DNA of 47,317 nucleotides from Minisyncoccota bacterium (GCA_023137595.1 JAGLOZ010000029.1:1-47317); one strand, 5' to 3'. Shown: positions 1-9,281, numbered from the stretch's first letter. Translations and numbers: made by a program. Notes: generated from the sequence alone by a model not told the origin.

Positions 1-26
1 AAAAATAAAAATTAAGATATAAAATC

Positions 27-284
27 ATGGATCATAAAGAACAATTAAATAATTTTTTAAAAGAAGGAGAAGGCTGGTTTAAAAAACATCATTTTCCTCA
101 AGATTTTCCAGTTTTTATTGTTCAAATATCAGAAGCAATTAATAAGTTTAGTGAAAGTGTAAATAAACAAGCAGAAAGTAATAAAAAGTTGTCACAATCA
201 ATCAATTATGCCACATGGGTTGTTGCAATTATTGCTTTAGTAGCTTTGGTCTGGGATGTTGTTAAAACTTTTTATGTAAATTAA
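27..284 (+). CDS. hypothetical small protein with C-terminal transmembrane helix
   Basis: 85-aa ORF with a hydrophobic C-terminal stretch (YATWVVAIIALVALVWDVV). No family recognised. Confidence 0.35.
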   Translation: MDHKEQLNNFLKEGEGWFKKHHFPQDFPVFIVQISEAINKFSESVNKQAESNKKLSQSINYATWVVAIIALVALVWDVVKTFYVN

Positions 285-305
285 TCAGTTGAGTTAAATA
301 TTAAA

Positions 306-1382
306 ATGAAAAAACTTAAAATCGCATTTTATTCTACAAATGAATTTTCTTGTCCTTTGCCAGAGGAGATAATATACGCTCCAATGGGTCTAGCTCAAAA
401 AGTTGTAACGGAATTAGCAAATAGAGGACATGGTATCACTTTATATACTTCTTCCGATTCAAAGATAAAAATGAAAAAAGTAACCGATGGATTGGTTTCG
501 TATTATAAGCTCAAGGACAAAGCGACGAGCGGGGGATTTCACGATCAGTTGCAGATGACTCTATATGAGCAGCTTTTGGCGTCAAGAATGTATGAGGATT
601 CTCAAAAGGGAAAATTTGATATTATTCACGCTTTTCATCTTGTACCGAAAATTCTTCCTTTCGTAAATCTTACGAAGACGCCGACAGTTTTTACCTTGCA
701 TGATCCGATGGATGCGAGCTGGAATAAGATAATCAAATATTGTAAATGGAAAAATAAGGCGAATTATGTTTCCATTAGCAATAATCAAAGAAAGGGGATG
801 CCTGATTTGAATTATGCCGCGACGGTGTATAACGGTCTGGATATTAAAAGGTTTGAATTCCAAAAAAAGCATAAAAACTATCTGGCTTTTCTGGGCAGGT
901 TTTCTTCTGAGAAGGGAGTTGATACGGCTGTGAAAGTTGCCGCGAAATCCGGCGAAAAGATTAAAATTGCGGGAAACATCTGGGGCAATGGATTTTATAA
1001 TGAAAAAGTGAAACCATATTTGAAAAAAGGAGAAATTGAGAATGTCGGACTTTTAAAAGAAAATCAGCTGTCAGATTTTCTTGGCGGCGCGAAAGCTCTT
1101 CTTTTTCCAATTCGTTGGGAAGAGCCGTTTGGATTGGCAATGATCGAGGCAATGGCCTGTGGCGTCCCGGTTATCGCTTTTAACAGGGGCTCAGCCTCTG
1201 AAGTTATAAAACATGGCAAAACAGGTTTTATTGTTGAGAATGAAGAAGAAATGACAGAAGCCATAAAAAACATTGACAAGATCGATCGTGAAGATTGCCG
1301 AAAGCATATTGAAAACAATTTTACTGTTAAAAAAATGGTTGATGGATATGAGGAGGTTTATAAAAGAGTATTAAGTAGCTAG
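306..1382 (+). CDS. glycosyltransferase, GT-B fold, family 4-like
   Basis: 358-aa ORF. The C-terminal motif EEPFGLAMIEAMACGVPVIAFNRGSASEVIKHGKTGF is typical of GT4/GT1 retaining glycosyltransferases. Confidence 0.85.
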   Translation: MKKLKIAFYSTNEFSCPLPEEIIYAPMGLAQKVVTELANRGHGITLYTSSDSKIKMKKVTDGLVSYYKLKDKATSGGFHDQLQMTLYEQLLASRMYEDSQKGKFDIIHAFHLVPKILPFVNLTKTPTVFTLHDPMDASWNKIIKYCKWKNKANYVSISNNQRKGMPDLNYAATVYNGLDIKRFEFQKKHKNYLAFLGRFSSEKGVDTAVKVAAKSGEKIKIAGNIWGNGFYNEKVKPYLKKGEIENVGLLKENQLSDFLGGAKALLFPIRWEEPFGLAMIEAMACGVPVIAFNRGSASEVIKHGKTGFIVENEEEMTEAIKNIDKIDREDCRKHIENNFTVKKMVDGYEEVYKRVLSS

Positions 1383-1515
1383 CTAGCAATTAAATATTAA
1401 GCAGGAATATGTATAAAATTTTTTTAAAAATAGAGTTTTATGATATAATATAAATATTCCTGAAATTAGATGTTTTTGTAGTATAATAAAGTTTAAATAT
1501 CGTTAAATTTAGAAT

Positions 1516-1558
1516 AAAAAAATACTATTACTGTCTAAATAAATTGACCGTAATAGTA
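1516..1558 (-). terminator. rho-independent terminator of the 1577-1777 gene
   Basis: A 9-bp stem (TACTATTAC 1523-1531 with GTAATAGTA 1550-1558) is followed on the minus strand by a T7 run (plus-strand A run 1516-1522). Confidence 0.6.
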
Positions 1559-1576
1559 ATTATCTGTTGTTGCTAT

Positions 1577-1777
1577 TTATTTTTTAGTAACAGCAACAAG
1601 ATATTCTCTACTACTTATAAAGCCCTGACGAGAATGACTCTGTAATGAATTCTTAAAGCTAGAAACTTCATAGCCTTTTTCTTCAAGATTTTTATAAAAT
1701 TCATTTTCATCTGAAGTTTTAACCTTGTATACATTGGCTCCAAGATGTTTAGAACCTTCAATTTCTGGGTAAATCAT
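1577..1777 (-). CDS. hypothetical small protein (start refined to the internal ATG)
   Basis: On the minus strand AAGGAGAT lies 6 nt upstream of the ATG at 1777-1775, giving MIYPEIEGSKHLG... (66 aa). A hairpin plus T7 terminator lies 19 nt after the stop. Confidence 0.45.
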   Translation of the reverse strand: MIYPEIEGSKHLGANVYKVKTSDENEFYKNLEEKGYEVSSFKNSLQSHSRQGFISSREYLVAVTKK

Positions 1778-1935
1778 TTTTTTATCTCCTTGTGTTAGTA
1801 AAATTAATCTATCACAATATTTCTGAAAAGTCAAATATATATGGATAAAATCTGAAAATGTGTTTGAATTTTAATATGATGTAAAATATATGAAATTTGA
1901 TTTGCAAAATCTTTTTTAAAAAGTAAAAAAATAAA

Positions 1936-3987
1936 ATGCTAAATAATTTTTTTAATCCTAAGTCAATCGCTGTTATTGGCGCATCATCTAACAGAAAAAA
2001 GTTAGGATACGGAATGCTGAGAAACATTCTTGATCACGGTTATCGCGGGAAAGTCTATCCGGTGAATTTAAAATATAATAAAGTTCAGGGAATAAAAGCT
2101 TATTCAAGTGTTTTGGATATAGGTCAAAAGATTGATCTAGCTGTCATTGTCATACCGGCGCGAGCGGTTAATTTTGTTTTGACTGAGTGCGGAAAAGCAA
2201 AGATCAAAAACGTTATAATCATAAGCGCTGGGTTTAAGGAAATAGGAAAAGAAGGGATTGTTCTTGAGCAAGAGATGAAGGAAATTTCAAAGAAATATGA
2301 GATTAATATTCTTGGTCCAAATTGTCTTGGAATTCTGGATTCTACAAGCAATTTGAATGCATCATTCGCAGAAGGTATGGTTCAAAAGGGCTCAATTGGA
2401 TTTATTTCCCAATCTGGAGCAATATGCACAGGAATGCTTGATTGGGCGAATTTAAATAATGTCGGATTCTCAAGATTTGTGAGTATGGGAAATAAGGCAA
2501 TGATCTCTGAGATTGAATTGTTAGAATTTTTTAAGACCGACAAGAAGACAAAAGCAGTTTTGGCTTACTTGGAAAGCATTGAGAGGGGAAAAGAGTTTAT
2601 GAAAGTTGCCGCGGAGCTGGCAAAAATTAAACCTCTTTTCATAATTAAGCCTGGAACAAGCAAGGCATCTTGCAAAGCGATGAAGTCTCATACTGGAGCG
2701 CTTGCTAATAAAGAAGAAGCAGTCAAAGTTGCTTTTTCTCAAGCTGGTATTGTTCGTGTGAATAACCTCGAGGAATTGTTTAGTGTTGCAAAATTACTTT
2801 CTCGTTATGATAGCTTGAATAGCGATAAAATTGCCATCATTACCAATGCTGGAGGTCCAGGAGTGATCTCCACTGATGAGGTAGAAGGCAATGGTTTGAA
2901 AATGGCAATTTTTAAAAAAGAGACAACAAATATTTTAAAAAATGGCTTACCGCCTACGGCAAATATACATAATCCGGTTGATGTGATCGGTGACGCTAAA
3001 GCTGACAGATATGAAATTGCCATTGAAGCATTGTTGGCTGACAAGAATGTTAGTGGAATAATTTCTATTTTAACTCCGCAGAAAACTACTGAAATAAAAA
3101 AGACAGCGAATTCTCTTGTAAAATTTTCAAAAAAAAGTTCAAAACCGGTTCTGGCAAGCTTTATTGGAGGAGTTTCAATCGAAAATGAAGTCAAGATGCT
3201 CAATAAAAGTTCCTTGGCTTTTTATAATTATCCTTCACAAGCGGCATTTTCGTTGGGAAAACTTTGGCAGTACAAAAAGGCGAAAAAAGATGCTGCGAAT
3301 TATTTGAAGATATTAAATGCCGATAGAAGTAAACAAGGCAACAAAGAGAAAGTTTTAAGCAAAAAAATGGATTTTATCCAGTCATTGAATGTTTTGAAAT
3401 CTTATAAAATTCCAATAGTGAGATCGCTCTTGGCAAAAAATTCCTCTCAAGCTATCAAACTTGCTAAAGAAATAGGATATCCGGTTGCCTTGAAAATATC
3501 TTCAAGTAAAATTAGCCACAAGACTGAAGTTGGCGGAGTGAAAATAAACATAAACGACGATTTGGAAGTTAAGGAATATTTTGATGAAGCTAGGAAAAAA
3601 CTTGGGGCTAAGTTAGATGGCATCGTTATTCAGCCTATGGTCAAGGGAGCAGAGATCATTTTAGGCGTTAAAAAGGATGAAAATTTTGGACATTTGATAA
3701 TGTTTGGTCTTGGAGGAATTTTTACGGAAATCGCTAAAGATGTTTCATTCAGATTTGCGCCAATTGATAGAAAAGAAGCGTTAAAAATGATCAGAGAAAT
3801 AAAGTCATTCAAAATTTTAGACGGGTATAGAAATTTGCCTAAAGCGAATTTGGATTCTATCGCAGATGCCTTAGTTGGTCTATCTAATTTAATTTCCGAA
3901 CATAAAGAAATCAAAGAATTGGATATTAATCCTTTGATTGTGACAGAAAAAGGGTGTTTTGCGGTAGACGTTCGGATAGAAATATAA
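1936..3987 (+). CDS. acetate--CoA ligase (ADP-forming), fused alpha/beta subunits
   Basis: 683 aa. The N-terminal CoA-binding and succinyl-CoA-synthetase-like flavodoxin domains (FFNPKSIAVIGASSN, GPNCLGI, ISQSGA) are followed by a C-terminal ATP-grasp domain (GYPVALKISS...HKTEVGGV). Confidence 0.85.
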   Translation: MLNNFFNPKSIAVIGASSNRKKLGYGMLRNILDHGYRGKVYPVNLKYNKVQGIKAYSSVLDIGQKIDLAVIVIPARAVNFVLTECGKAKIKNVIIISAGFKEIGKEGIVLEQEMKEISKKYEINILGPNCLGILDSTSNLNASFAEGMVQKGSIGFISQSGAICTGMLDWANLNNVGFSRFVSMGNKAMISEIELLEFFKTDKKTKAVLAYLESIERGKEFMKVAAELAKIKPLFIIKPGTSKASCKAMKSHTGALANKEEAVKVAFSQAGIVRVNNLEELFSVAKLLSRYDSLNSDKIAIITNAGGPGVISTDEVEGNGLKMAIFKKETTNILKNGLPPTANIHNPVDVIGDAKADRYEIAIEALLADKNVSGIISILTPQKTTEIKKTANSLVKFSKKSSKPVLASFIGGVSIENEVKMLNKSSLAFYNYPSQAAFSLGKLWQYKKAKKDAANYLKILNADRSKQGNKEKVLSKKMDFIQSLNVLKSYKIPIVRSLLAKNSSQAIKLAKEIGYPVALKISSSKISHKTEVGGVKININDDLEVKEYFDEARKKLGAKLDGIVIQPMVKGAEIILGVKKDENFGHLIMFGLGGIFTEIAKDVSFRFAPIDRKEALKMIREIKSFKILDGYRNLPKANLDSIADALVGLSNLISEHKEIKELDINPLIVTEKGCFAVDVRIEI

Positions 3988-4019
3988 TAATAAATTTCTT
4001 ATAAAATTAAACAAAATCA

Positions 4020-5042
4020 ATGGAAATACCAAAAGAAAAAATAAAAGATGATATAGGAAAATTTATAGATCCTTTTCATATTGACAAAAAAAGACAAGAG
4101 AAGGTTTATGATGAGATCAGAGAGAATGCGAAAGGGGACTTTGACTTTTTTGTTCTGACGATTTTTTCCGGAATAATCATTACTTTAGGTCTTGTGGTTA
4201 ATTCTTCGGCGGTTGTTATCGGTGGAATGCTTCTAGCGCCTTTGGTTTGGCCGATATTGTCTCTGTCAATGGCTATTATAAAAGGAAGATCAAGGCTTAT
4301 CCAAGATTCTGTTTTCACTTTACTTCGAAGCACGGCTTTGATTTTTGTAATCGCTCTTTTTTTAGGGCTTATGTCTCCGGATTATGCTTTGCAGGGAAGC
4401 GAATTTTTATCTCGGACTTCTCCGACAATTTTTGAATTGTTTATTGCGTTGGCCGCGGGATTTGTCGGGGCATTTGTGATTACTTATCCCAAAATCGGTG
4501 CTGCGATCGCCGGTGTTGTTATTGCGGCAGCAATTGTTCCTCCTATAGCAGTTATGGGCATCTCAGTCTCTCATGGAAATCTTGGGATGGCAGGTGGATC
4601 CTTTATTCTTTTTATGTCAAACTTAATAGCTGTTACATTTTCGTCTTCAATTTTATTTTTAATTGCCAGATTTAAGGGTCCTTCATCCGAGAAAGGACAA
4701 GAACGGAGAAAAAGTAATATCCGTTGGGCTTTAATTCTTTTATTTGTGATGACAATACCACTGTTTTTAATTACAAGCAAAGTTGTAAAAGAAAATAATC
4801 AGCAAAATATAGTTCGAGATGTGACAAAGGTTATAATTCCTGATTCAAATATAACAGATGTCAAAATTAGCGAAAAGAATAATATATCTACTGTTTATAT
4901 AACCATTCAACATTCCGGAAGTTTAACAGAAAAGCAAATTAATGAATTAAAAGATATTTTATCTATAAAGATGGACAAGATCGTAGTTCCTAGAATAACA
5001 ATCGTTCCGATAATTAAGACCTGGGAAGATGTTAGCCAATAA
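4020..5042 (+). CDS. DUF389-family integral membrane protein
   Basis: 340 aa with multiple TM helices. The pattern LLAPLVWPILSLSMAI resembles the DUF389/TIGR00341 family. Confidence 0.65.
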   Translation: MEIPKEKIKDDIGKFIDPFHIDKKRQEKVYDEIRENAKGDFDFFVLTIFSGIIITLGLVVNSSAVVIGGMLLAPLVWPILSLSMAIIKGRSRLIQDSVFTLLRSTALIFVIALFLGLMSPDYALQGSEFLSRTSPTIFELFIALAAGFVGAFVITYPKIGAAIAGVVIAAAIVPPIAVMGISVSHGNLGMAGGSFILFMSNLIAVTFSSSILFLIARFKGPSSEKGQERRKSNIRWALILLFVMTIPLFLITSKVVKENNQQNIVRDVTKVIIPDSNITDVKISEKNNISTVYITIQHSGSLTEKQINELKDILSIKMDKIVVPRITIVPIIKTWEDVSQ

Positions 5043-5407
5043 AGTTGTGGAAAGGATAAATAAAAGTTATAATACAAGAAGATATTGAAAAAAACTAGCA
5101 GAATTTCTAATTTTCAATTTATAATTTCTATTAAATTTTTTATGAATCAATTTTCAAATAATCATTTGCCATTCTGAATTTATTTCAGGATCTTCTACCT
5201 ATTACAGTAATCAAACCTATGAATCTTCAAATATTTTGACTGGGACGAAAACACAGTTGCCGTGTTGAATAAAAAACGATTAAATTTACATTGTAAATAA
5301 AGGAGGCTCTGAAAAACTAATAAAATTCTATTAAAATACAAAAGATTCTAAAACAAGTTCAGAATGACAACATAAGAAAAGTTTTAAAGTTATTAATATA
5401 AAGTATC

Positions 5408-5977
5408 ATGAAAAACATCTATCAAATTAGAATTCATTCTCGCGGAGGACAGGGAGCAAAAACCGCGGCGCAGATCATTGCTGAGGCTTCAATTGAAGAA
5501 GGGTGCTTTGCGCAGGCTTTTTCGGAATATGGTCCGGAACGGTCAGGAGCTCCGATGAAGACATTTCTTAGAATCAGCAAAAAACCAATTATGCTTCATA
5601 GTGATGTTCGAACGCCTGATATGGTCGTTGTTTTGGATCCGTCTCTTCTTTTGAATGTTGACGTGACAGAAGGTCTTGCTGATGGCGGAATTGTGATTTT
5701 GAATACTTGCGAGGATGTTGAAAGTCTAAAAAAGAAATTAAGTAAAAAGAATTGTAAGGTTTATACAGTTGATGCTAAAGGAATTGCAATGAGGATTATT
5801 GGAAGAGACTTGCCGAATACAGCGATTATGGGTGCGATCATAAAACTTGTTCCTTTAATTCCATACAAGCATGCGATTGAAGAAACCAGAGAAAAGTTTG
5901 AAAAGAAATTGTCAGAAGATTTAGTGGAAAAGAATGTTGAGGCTTTGAGAGAGGGATATGAGAGCGTGGAAATATAG
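5408..5977 (+). CDS. porG: 2-oxoacid (pyruvate):ferredoxin oxidoreductase, gamma subunit
   Basis: 189 aa. The N-terminus IRIHSRGGQGAKTAAQIIAEA and the motif FSEYGPERSGAP are typical of POR/KOR gamma subunits. Confidence 0.8.
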   Translation: MKNIYQIRIHSRGGQGAKTAAQIIAEASIEEGCFAQAFSEYGPERSGAPMKTFLRISKKPIMLHSDVRTPDMVVVLDPSLLLNVDVTEGLADGGIVILNTCEDVESLKKKLSKKNCKVYTVDAKGIAMRIIGRDLPNTAIMGAIIKLVPLIPYKHAIEETREKFEKKLSEDLVEKNVEALREGYESVEI

Positions 5978-6132
5978 TTCTGAATTTACTTGGGTTTATT
6001 TTTTGAAAATGAAAGTTAATATTTGCTAAATACGATTAGAATTTTTAATTTCCAATTTTTAATTTTATAAATAATCTTTAATAGCAAAATTTTTAAACTT
6101 TTTTATAAATGTTAAAATGTTAATATGTTAGT

Positions 6133-6438
6133 ATGACTAATCTAAAAACAGCGAAACAAATCCCCATTGGGGGAAAAATAATTGAAGCGGGGAATTCAAA
6201 AGAATTCAAAACTGGAAGTTGGAAGGCAAAAATGCCAATCCGAGACAAAGAAAAATGCATTCATTGCATGCGTTGCGCCGTATTTTGTCCTGATATGGCT
6301 ATAAAAACAAAGAAGGTTAAAGTAGATGGCAAAGAAAAGCTTCAAGTAACAGACGCGGATATGGATTATTGCAAAGGTTGCGGTATTTGCGAGGTTGAAT
6401 GTCCTGTGAAAGCGATTAAAATGAAAGATGTGTGTTAA
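6133..6438 (+). CDS. porD: 2-oxoacid:ferredoxin oxidoreductase, delta subunit (2x[4Fe-4S] ferredoxin)
   Basis: 101 aa with two cysteine clusters, CIHCMRCAVFCP and CKGCGICEVECP. Confidence 0.8.
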   Translation: MTNLKTAKQIPIGGKIIEAGNSKEFKTGSWKAKMPIRDKEKCIHCMRCAVFCPDMAIKTKKVKVDGKEKLQVTDADMDYCKGCGICEVECPVKAIKMKDVC

Positions 6439-6789
6439 CATTGATTTTTTTAAAAAACAATAAATTTACTTGATGCTTGTCAGTTTTTGTCAGTGGATTT
6501 TTATTTGGAATTTGGCATTTAGAATAATAAATTCAGTGTTTCTTTGAATTACGGAGCACTGTTTTCCTATTATTTTGAATTCAATAAGAGCGAAAAATCT
6601 GTAAGCAGTATTATGCGAAAGAATAATTGTTTTAAATATAATCAACAGATATCTCAAGCGCTTCACTTTAGCGAGATGACAACTAAATAATAGAAATAAA
6701 AAGTTTAAGTCAGAAAAATTGAACTAGCAGAGGAAGAGTTGTTATAGAACAAATTTATTGAATTCTGTATAGATATTTGATCCGGAAAA

Positions 6790-6830
6790 ATAAAAAAAAC
6801 ACAGAAGCATTATTTTTTACTTCTATGTGT
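6790..6830 (-). terminator. rho-independent terminator
   Basis: ACACAGAAG (6799-6807) pairs with CTTCTATGTGT (6820-6830), giving 9 bp with a 2-nt bulge. On the minus strand it is followed by T8 (plus-strand A run 6792-6799). Confidence 0.55.
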
Positions 6831-6834
6831 AATT

Positions 6835-7038
6835 TTAAAGATTAGTCTCCTGATAAAAGTTTTGGCCCGGACCTCTTGATGCATGCATCTGTATTATTTC
6901 TTTTCCAATTGATATTGTAAAAAAATAAAGTCGATACCAGCCTTTATTTCGTCGTTTGCTTGTCATTGTTCTACGCGATATAACCGTTCCCTGCTCTTTA
7001 TGGCCATCTTCATATTCTAGAGTTACCTTTTTTCCCAT
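6835..7038 (-). CDS. hypothetical small protein
   Basis: 67-aa ORF. GGTGA lies about 6 nt upstream of the ATG on the minus strand. A hairpin plus T8 terminator follows directly after the stop. No family recognised. Confidence 0.35.
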   Translation of the reverse strand: MGKKVTLEYEDGHKEQGTVISRRTMTSKRRNKGWYRLYFFTISIGKEIIQMHASRGPGQNFYQETNL

Positions 7039-7219
7039 TTGTAATCACCAAATTAACTTATATATTACTTTGAATTATAGAATATCTTCGTTTATAATTC
7101 AAAGCACTTTTCATTATACATTAATAAACCATTTTGTCAACAGTCGCTGCTTACATTCTATTTCAAAGTGTAATTAATTCAAAATAAATTCATTTTTCCA
7201 AATTCCAAATTTTAATCCC

Positions 7220-7981
7220 ATGATCCCATATTTTACCTTCCAAGAGATAAATTTAGGCGTGATAACGATTCAAGTTTGGGGGCTTATGGCGTTTCTGGGA
7301 TTTTTAGTTGCTTTATTTTTTTCCATAAAAGAAGGAAAGAAAAAGGGGATAGATGAGGAAAATATTTGGGATGTAATGATTGTTTCCTTGGTCGGAATTA
7401 TTATCGGCTCAAGAATTTTCTATCTAATTTTTAATTTTGAAGAATTTACGAGCTTAGTTGATGTTTTTAATATATATAATAACGGTGGATTTTCTTTTTT
7501 AGGTGGAGCAATAGTAGCCTCAGTATTAATATATATATATTCAAGAATTAAAAAAATAGATATTTATAAATTGGGTGATGTTTTAGCTCCTGGGGCAATA
7601 GTAGCAATAATAATAACAAGACTCGGATGTTTTTTAATTTATGATCATCTGGGAAAGGTTACGAGTCTTCCTTGGGGAAGAGAATATATTGATCAAACAA
7701 TAAGGCATCCAGTGGCGCTATATCATTTAATGAGCTGCATCATTGTTCTGTATTTGATACAACATTTTAAAAAGAAGCGTTTAAAAAAAGGAGTTTTAGT
7801 TTTGTTGTTTGTATTTTTTTATTCTTCTTCAAGATTTTTTATTGATTTTGCGCGTTGTTCCGATTTAGCTGTCTGTGATAGTCGTTATTTAAATTTAACT
7901 TATATTCAGTGGACTCTATTGTTTGTAATTCCATTTACGGTTTATATGTTAAAAAGAAAAATAGACCTCTTGCGTAATTAA
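7220..7981 (+). CDS. lgt: prolipoprotein diacylglyceryl transferase
   Basis: 253-aa polytopic membrane protein with Lgt-like motifs: GGFSFLGGAI, RLGCFLIYDHLG and PWG...HPVALY. Confidence 0.85.
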   Translation: MIPYFTFQEINLGVITIQVWGLMAFLGFLVALFFSIKEGKKKGIDEENIWDVMIVSLVGIIIGSRIFYLIFNFEEFTSLVDVFNIYNNGGFSFLGGAIVASVLIYIYSRIKKIDIYKLGDVLAPGAIVAIIITRLGCFLIYDHLGKVTSLPWGREYIDQTIRHPVALYHLMSCIIVLYLIQHFKKKRLKKGVLVLLFVFFYSSSRFFIDFARCSDLAVCDSRYLNLTYIQWTLLFVIPFTVYMLKRKIDLLRN

Positions 7982-8119
7982 TTTCGTGACGAAATTTTCA
8001 GATTTTGAGGCATAATTTTTCAAATAATTTTTGAGGTTTAGCCAAGGCTAAGCCGAAAAATTTTTGGGAAATTTGACCAAAATCTGGAAATTGCAGTAGA
8101 AAGTAATTACGCAAGAGGT
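7965..8119. repeat. 155-nt long imperfect inverted repeat (hairpin) overlapping the lgt stop codon
   Basis: The terminal arms ACCTCTTGCGTAATTA (7965-7980) and TAATTACGCAAGAGGT (8104-8119) are 16-nt perfect complements. The inner arms pair at roughly three quarters of positions. The apex is TTAGCC-AA-GGCTAA (8038-8051). Confidence 0.8.
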
Positions 8120-8173
8120 TTAATATGATTGTTTTTAAAATATCATTAATTAACATTAATTCTCATTAATTTT

Positions 8174-8217
8174 ACTATAGCCTCTTTTCCAGCGGCCGCT
8201 GGAAAAGAGGCTATAGT
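8174..8217. repeat. 44-bp perfect palindrome centred on GCGGCCGC
   Basis: ACTATAGCCTCTTTTCCAGCGGCCGCTGGAAAAGAGGCTATAGT equals its own reverse complement. It has a GC-rich core within AT-rich spacer. Confidence 0.9.
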
Positions 8218-8344
8218 TCTAGCGCTTCTGTTAATTGTATTAGACTGCCTGACATCAGTGCATACAGGGGAAGTGTAGAAGCTTAATTTATTATTATTTC
8301 TATGTTATAATATTAACAGAAACATTAATCCTATAAACTAAAAT

Positions 8345-9247
8345 ATGAAACAACACATTGAGAGAATATCAAATGGCCTTTATATCCTTCTTTTTGGTTT
8401 TGTTTTTTTGTGGATTTCGCTTGGTTTTGTCAAAATGAATGTAATTTTTCAACTTTTAAAATTGTGGCCGTTATTTTTTGTAATTGTTGGAATTGAGATT
8501 ATATTTAAAAGAGCCAAGCTGTCATTTTTGAAGTTACTTTCTCCTATTATTGTAATAAGTTCTGTAATTGGAATTATATTTGTTTCTCAGGCTGGTGATC
8601 TTTTTCATCAAAGACAAATAGAGATATTTAAAATAAACCAGAATTTTCTATCTGATGAAAAAATCGCGGATTTTAACGTAAACTTCTCCCTAGGAGAGCT
8701 GTTTATAATTGATGCCCATGATAATTCAATTAGCGGAGATCTAGCTGTTCCAAAAGGAATTGTTCCTGAATTGAATTTTAAGGAATTTGAAAAAGAAGAT
8801 CTTTATGAAATCTCTGGTAATCCATTGAGCGATTATGTTTTTAGCCCATGGGATAATAGTCATAAATGGGACATAAGAATTGGCAGAAATATTTCGTCTA
8901 AAATAAAAATAAAAACTTACGCGAGTAAAAACAAGTTTAATATGTCCAACCTTTCTGTTTCAGATTTTATATTGGATACTAAGATCAGTTCAAATGAAAT
9001 AATATTAAACGATACTATCAAAAAAATAAGAATTAATTCCGTTGGTTCTAAGTTAAGCATACTTATTCCCAAGGAAGTAGGAGTTAAGATATCTTTGAAT
9101 AAATTTTTAATAATTGATAATTTTAAGGAGCTGGGATTAAACAGGGGCTTTAAGGAATATGTTAGTCCAAATTATGAAGATGTGACAAAGAAAATTGATA
9201 TAGATTTGGATTTGAAATTTTCTGAATTGGAAATAAAATATTATTAG
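8345..9247 (+). CDS. membrane protein, possibly LiaF-like with a beta-rich (toast-rack/DUF4097-like) C-terminal domain
   Basis: 300 aa with N-terminal TM helices (LLKLWPLFFVIVGIEIIF). The C-terminal half has alternating beta-strand-like repeats (KIKIKTYASKN...KIRINSVGSKLSILIP). The family call is tentative. Confidence 0.45.
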   Translation: MKQHIERISNGLYILLFGFVFLWISLGFVKMNVIFQLLKLWPLFFVIVGIEIIFKRAKLSFLKLLSPIIVISSVIGIIFVSQAGDLFHQRQIEIFKINQNFLSDEKIADFNVNFSLGELFIIDAHDNSISGDLAVPKGIVPELNFKEFEKEDLYEISGNPLSDYVFSPWDNSHKWDIRIGRNISSKIKIKTYASKNKFNMSNLSVSDFILDTKISSNEIILNDTIKKIRINSVGSKLSILIPKEVGVKISLNKFLIIDNFKELGLNRGFKEYVSPNYEDVTKKIDIDLDLKFSELEIKYY

Positions 9248-9281
9248 TAGGATTAACTTGCTTAAACCCTAAATTTAGAAA

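Noticed and set aside
2805-3203. 132-aa minus-strand ORF inside the acetyl-CoA synthetase gene. Other antisense ORFs of 60-120 aa lie within aroDEK, aroAC, asd, topA and dprA.
   Set aside because: All are embedded antisense in genes with clear family motifs. None has its own RBS or recognisable motifs.
5296-5315. A strong AAGGAGG in the spacer upstream of porG, nearly identical to the RBS context of the 29457 ORF (AAATAAAGGAGGCT).
   Set aside because: No ATG, GTG or TTG lies at a workable distance with an open frame behind it, so no gene is called. It may be part of a repeat.
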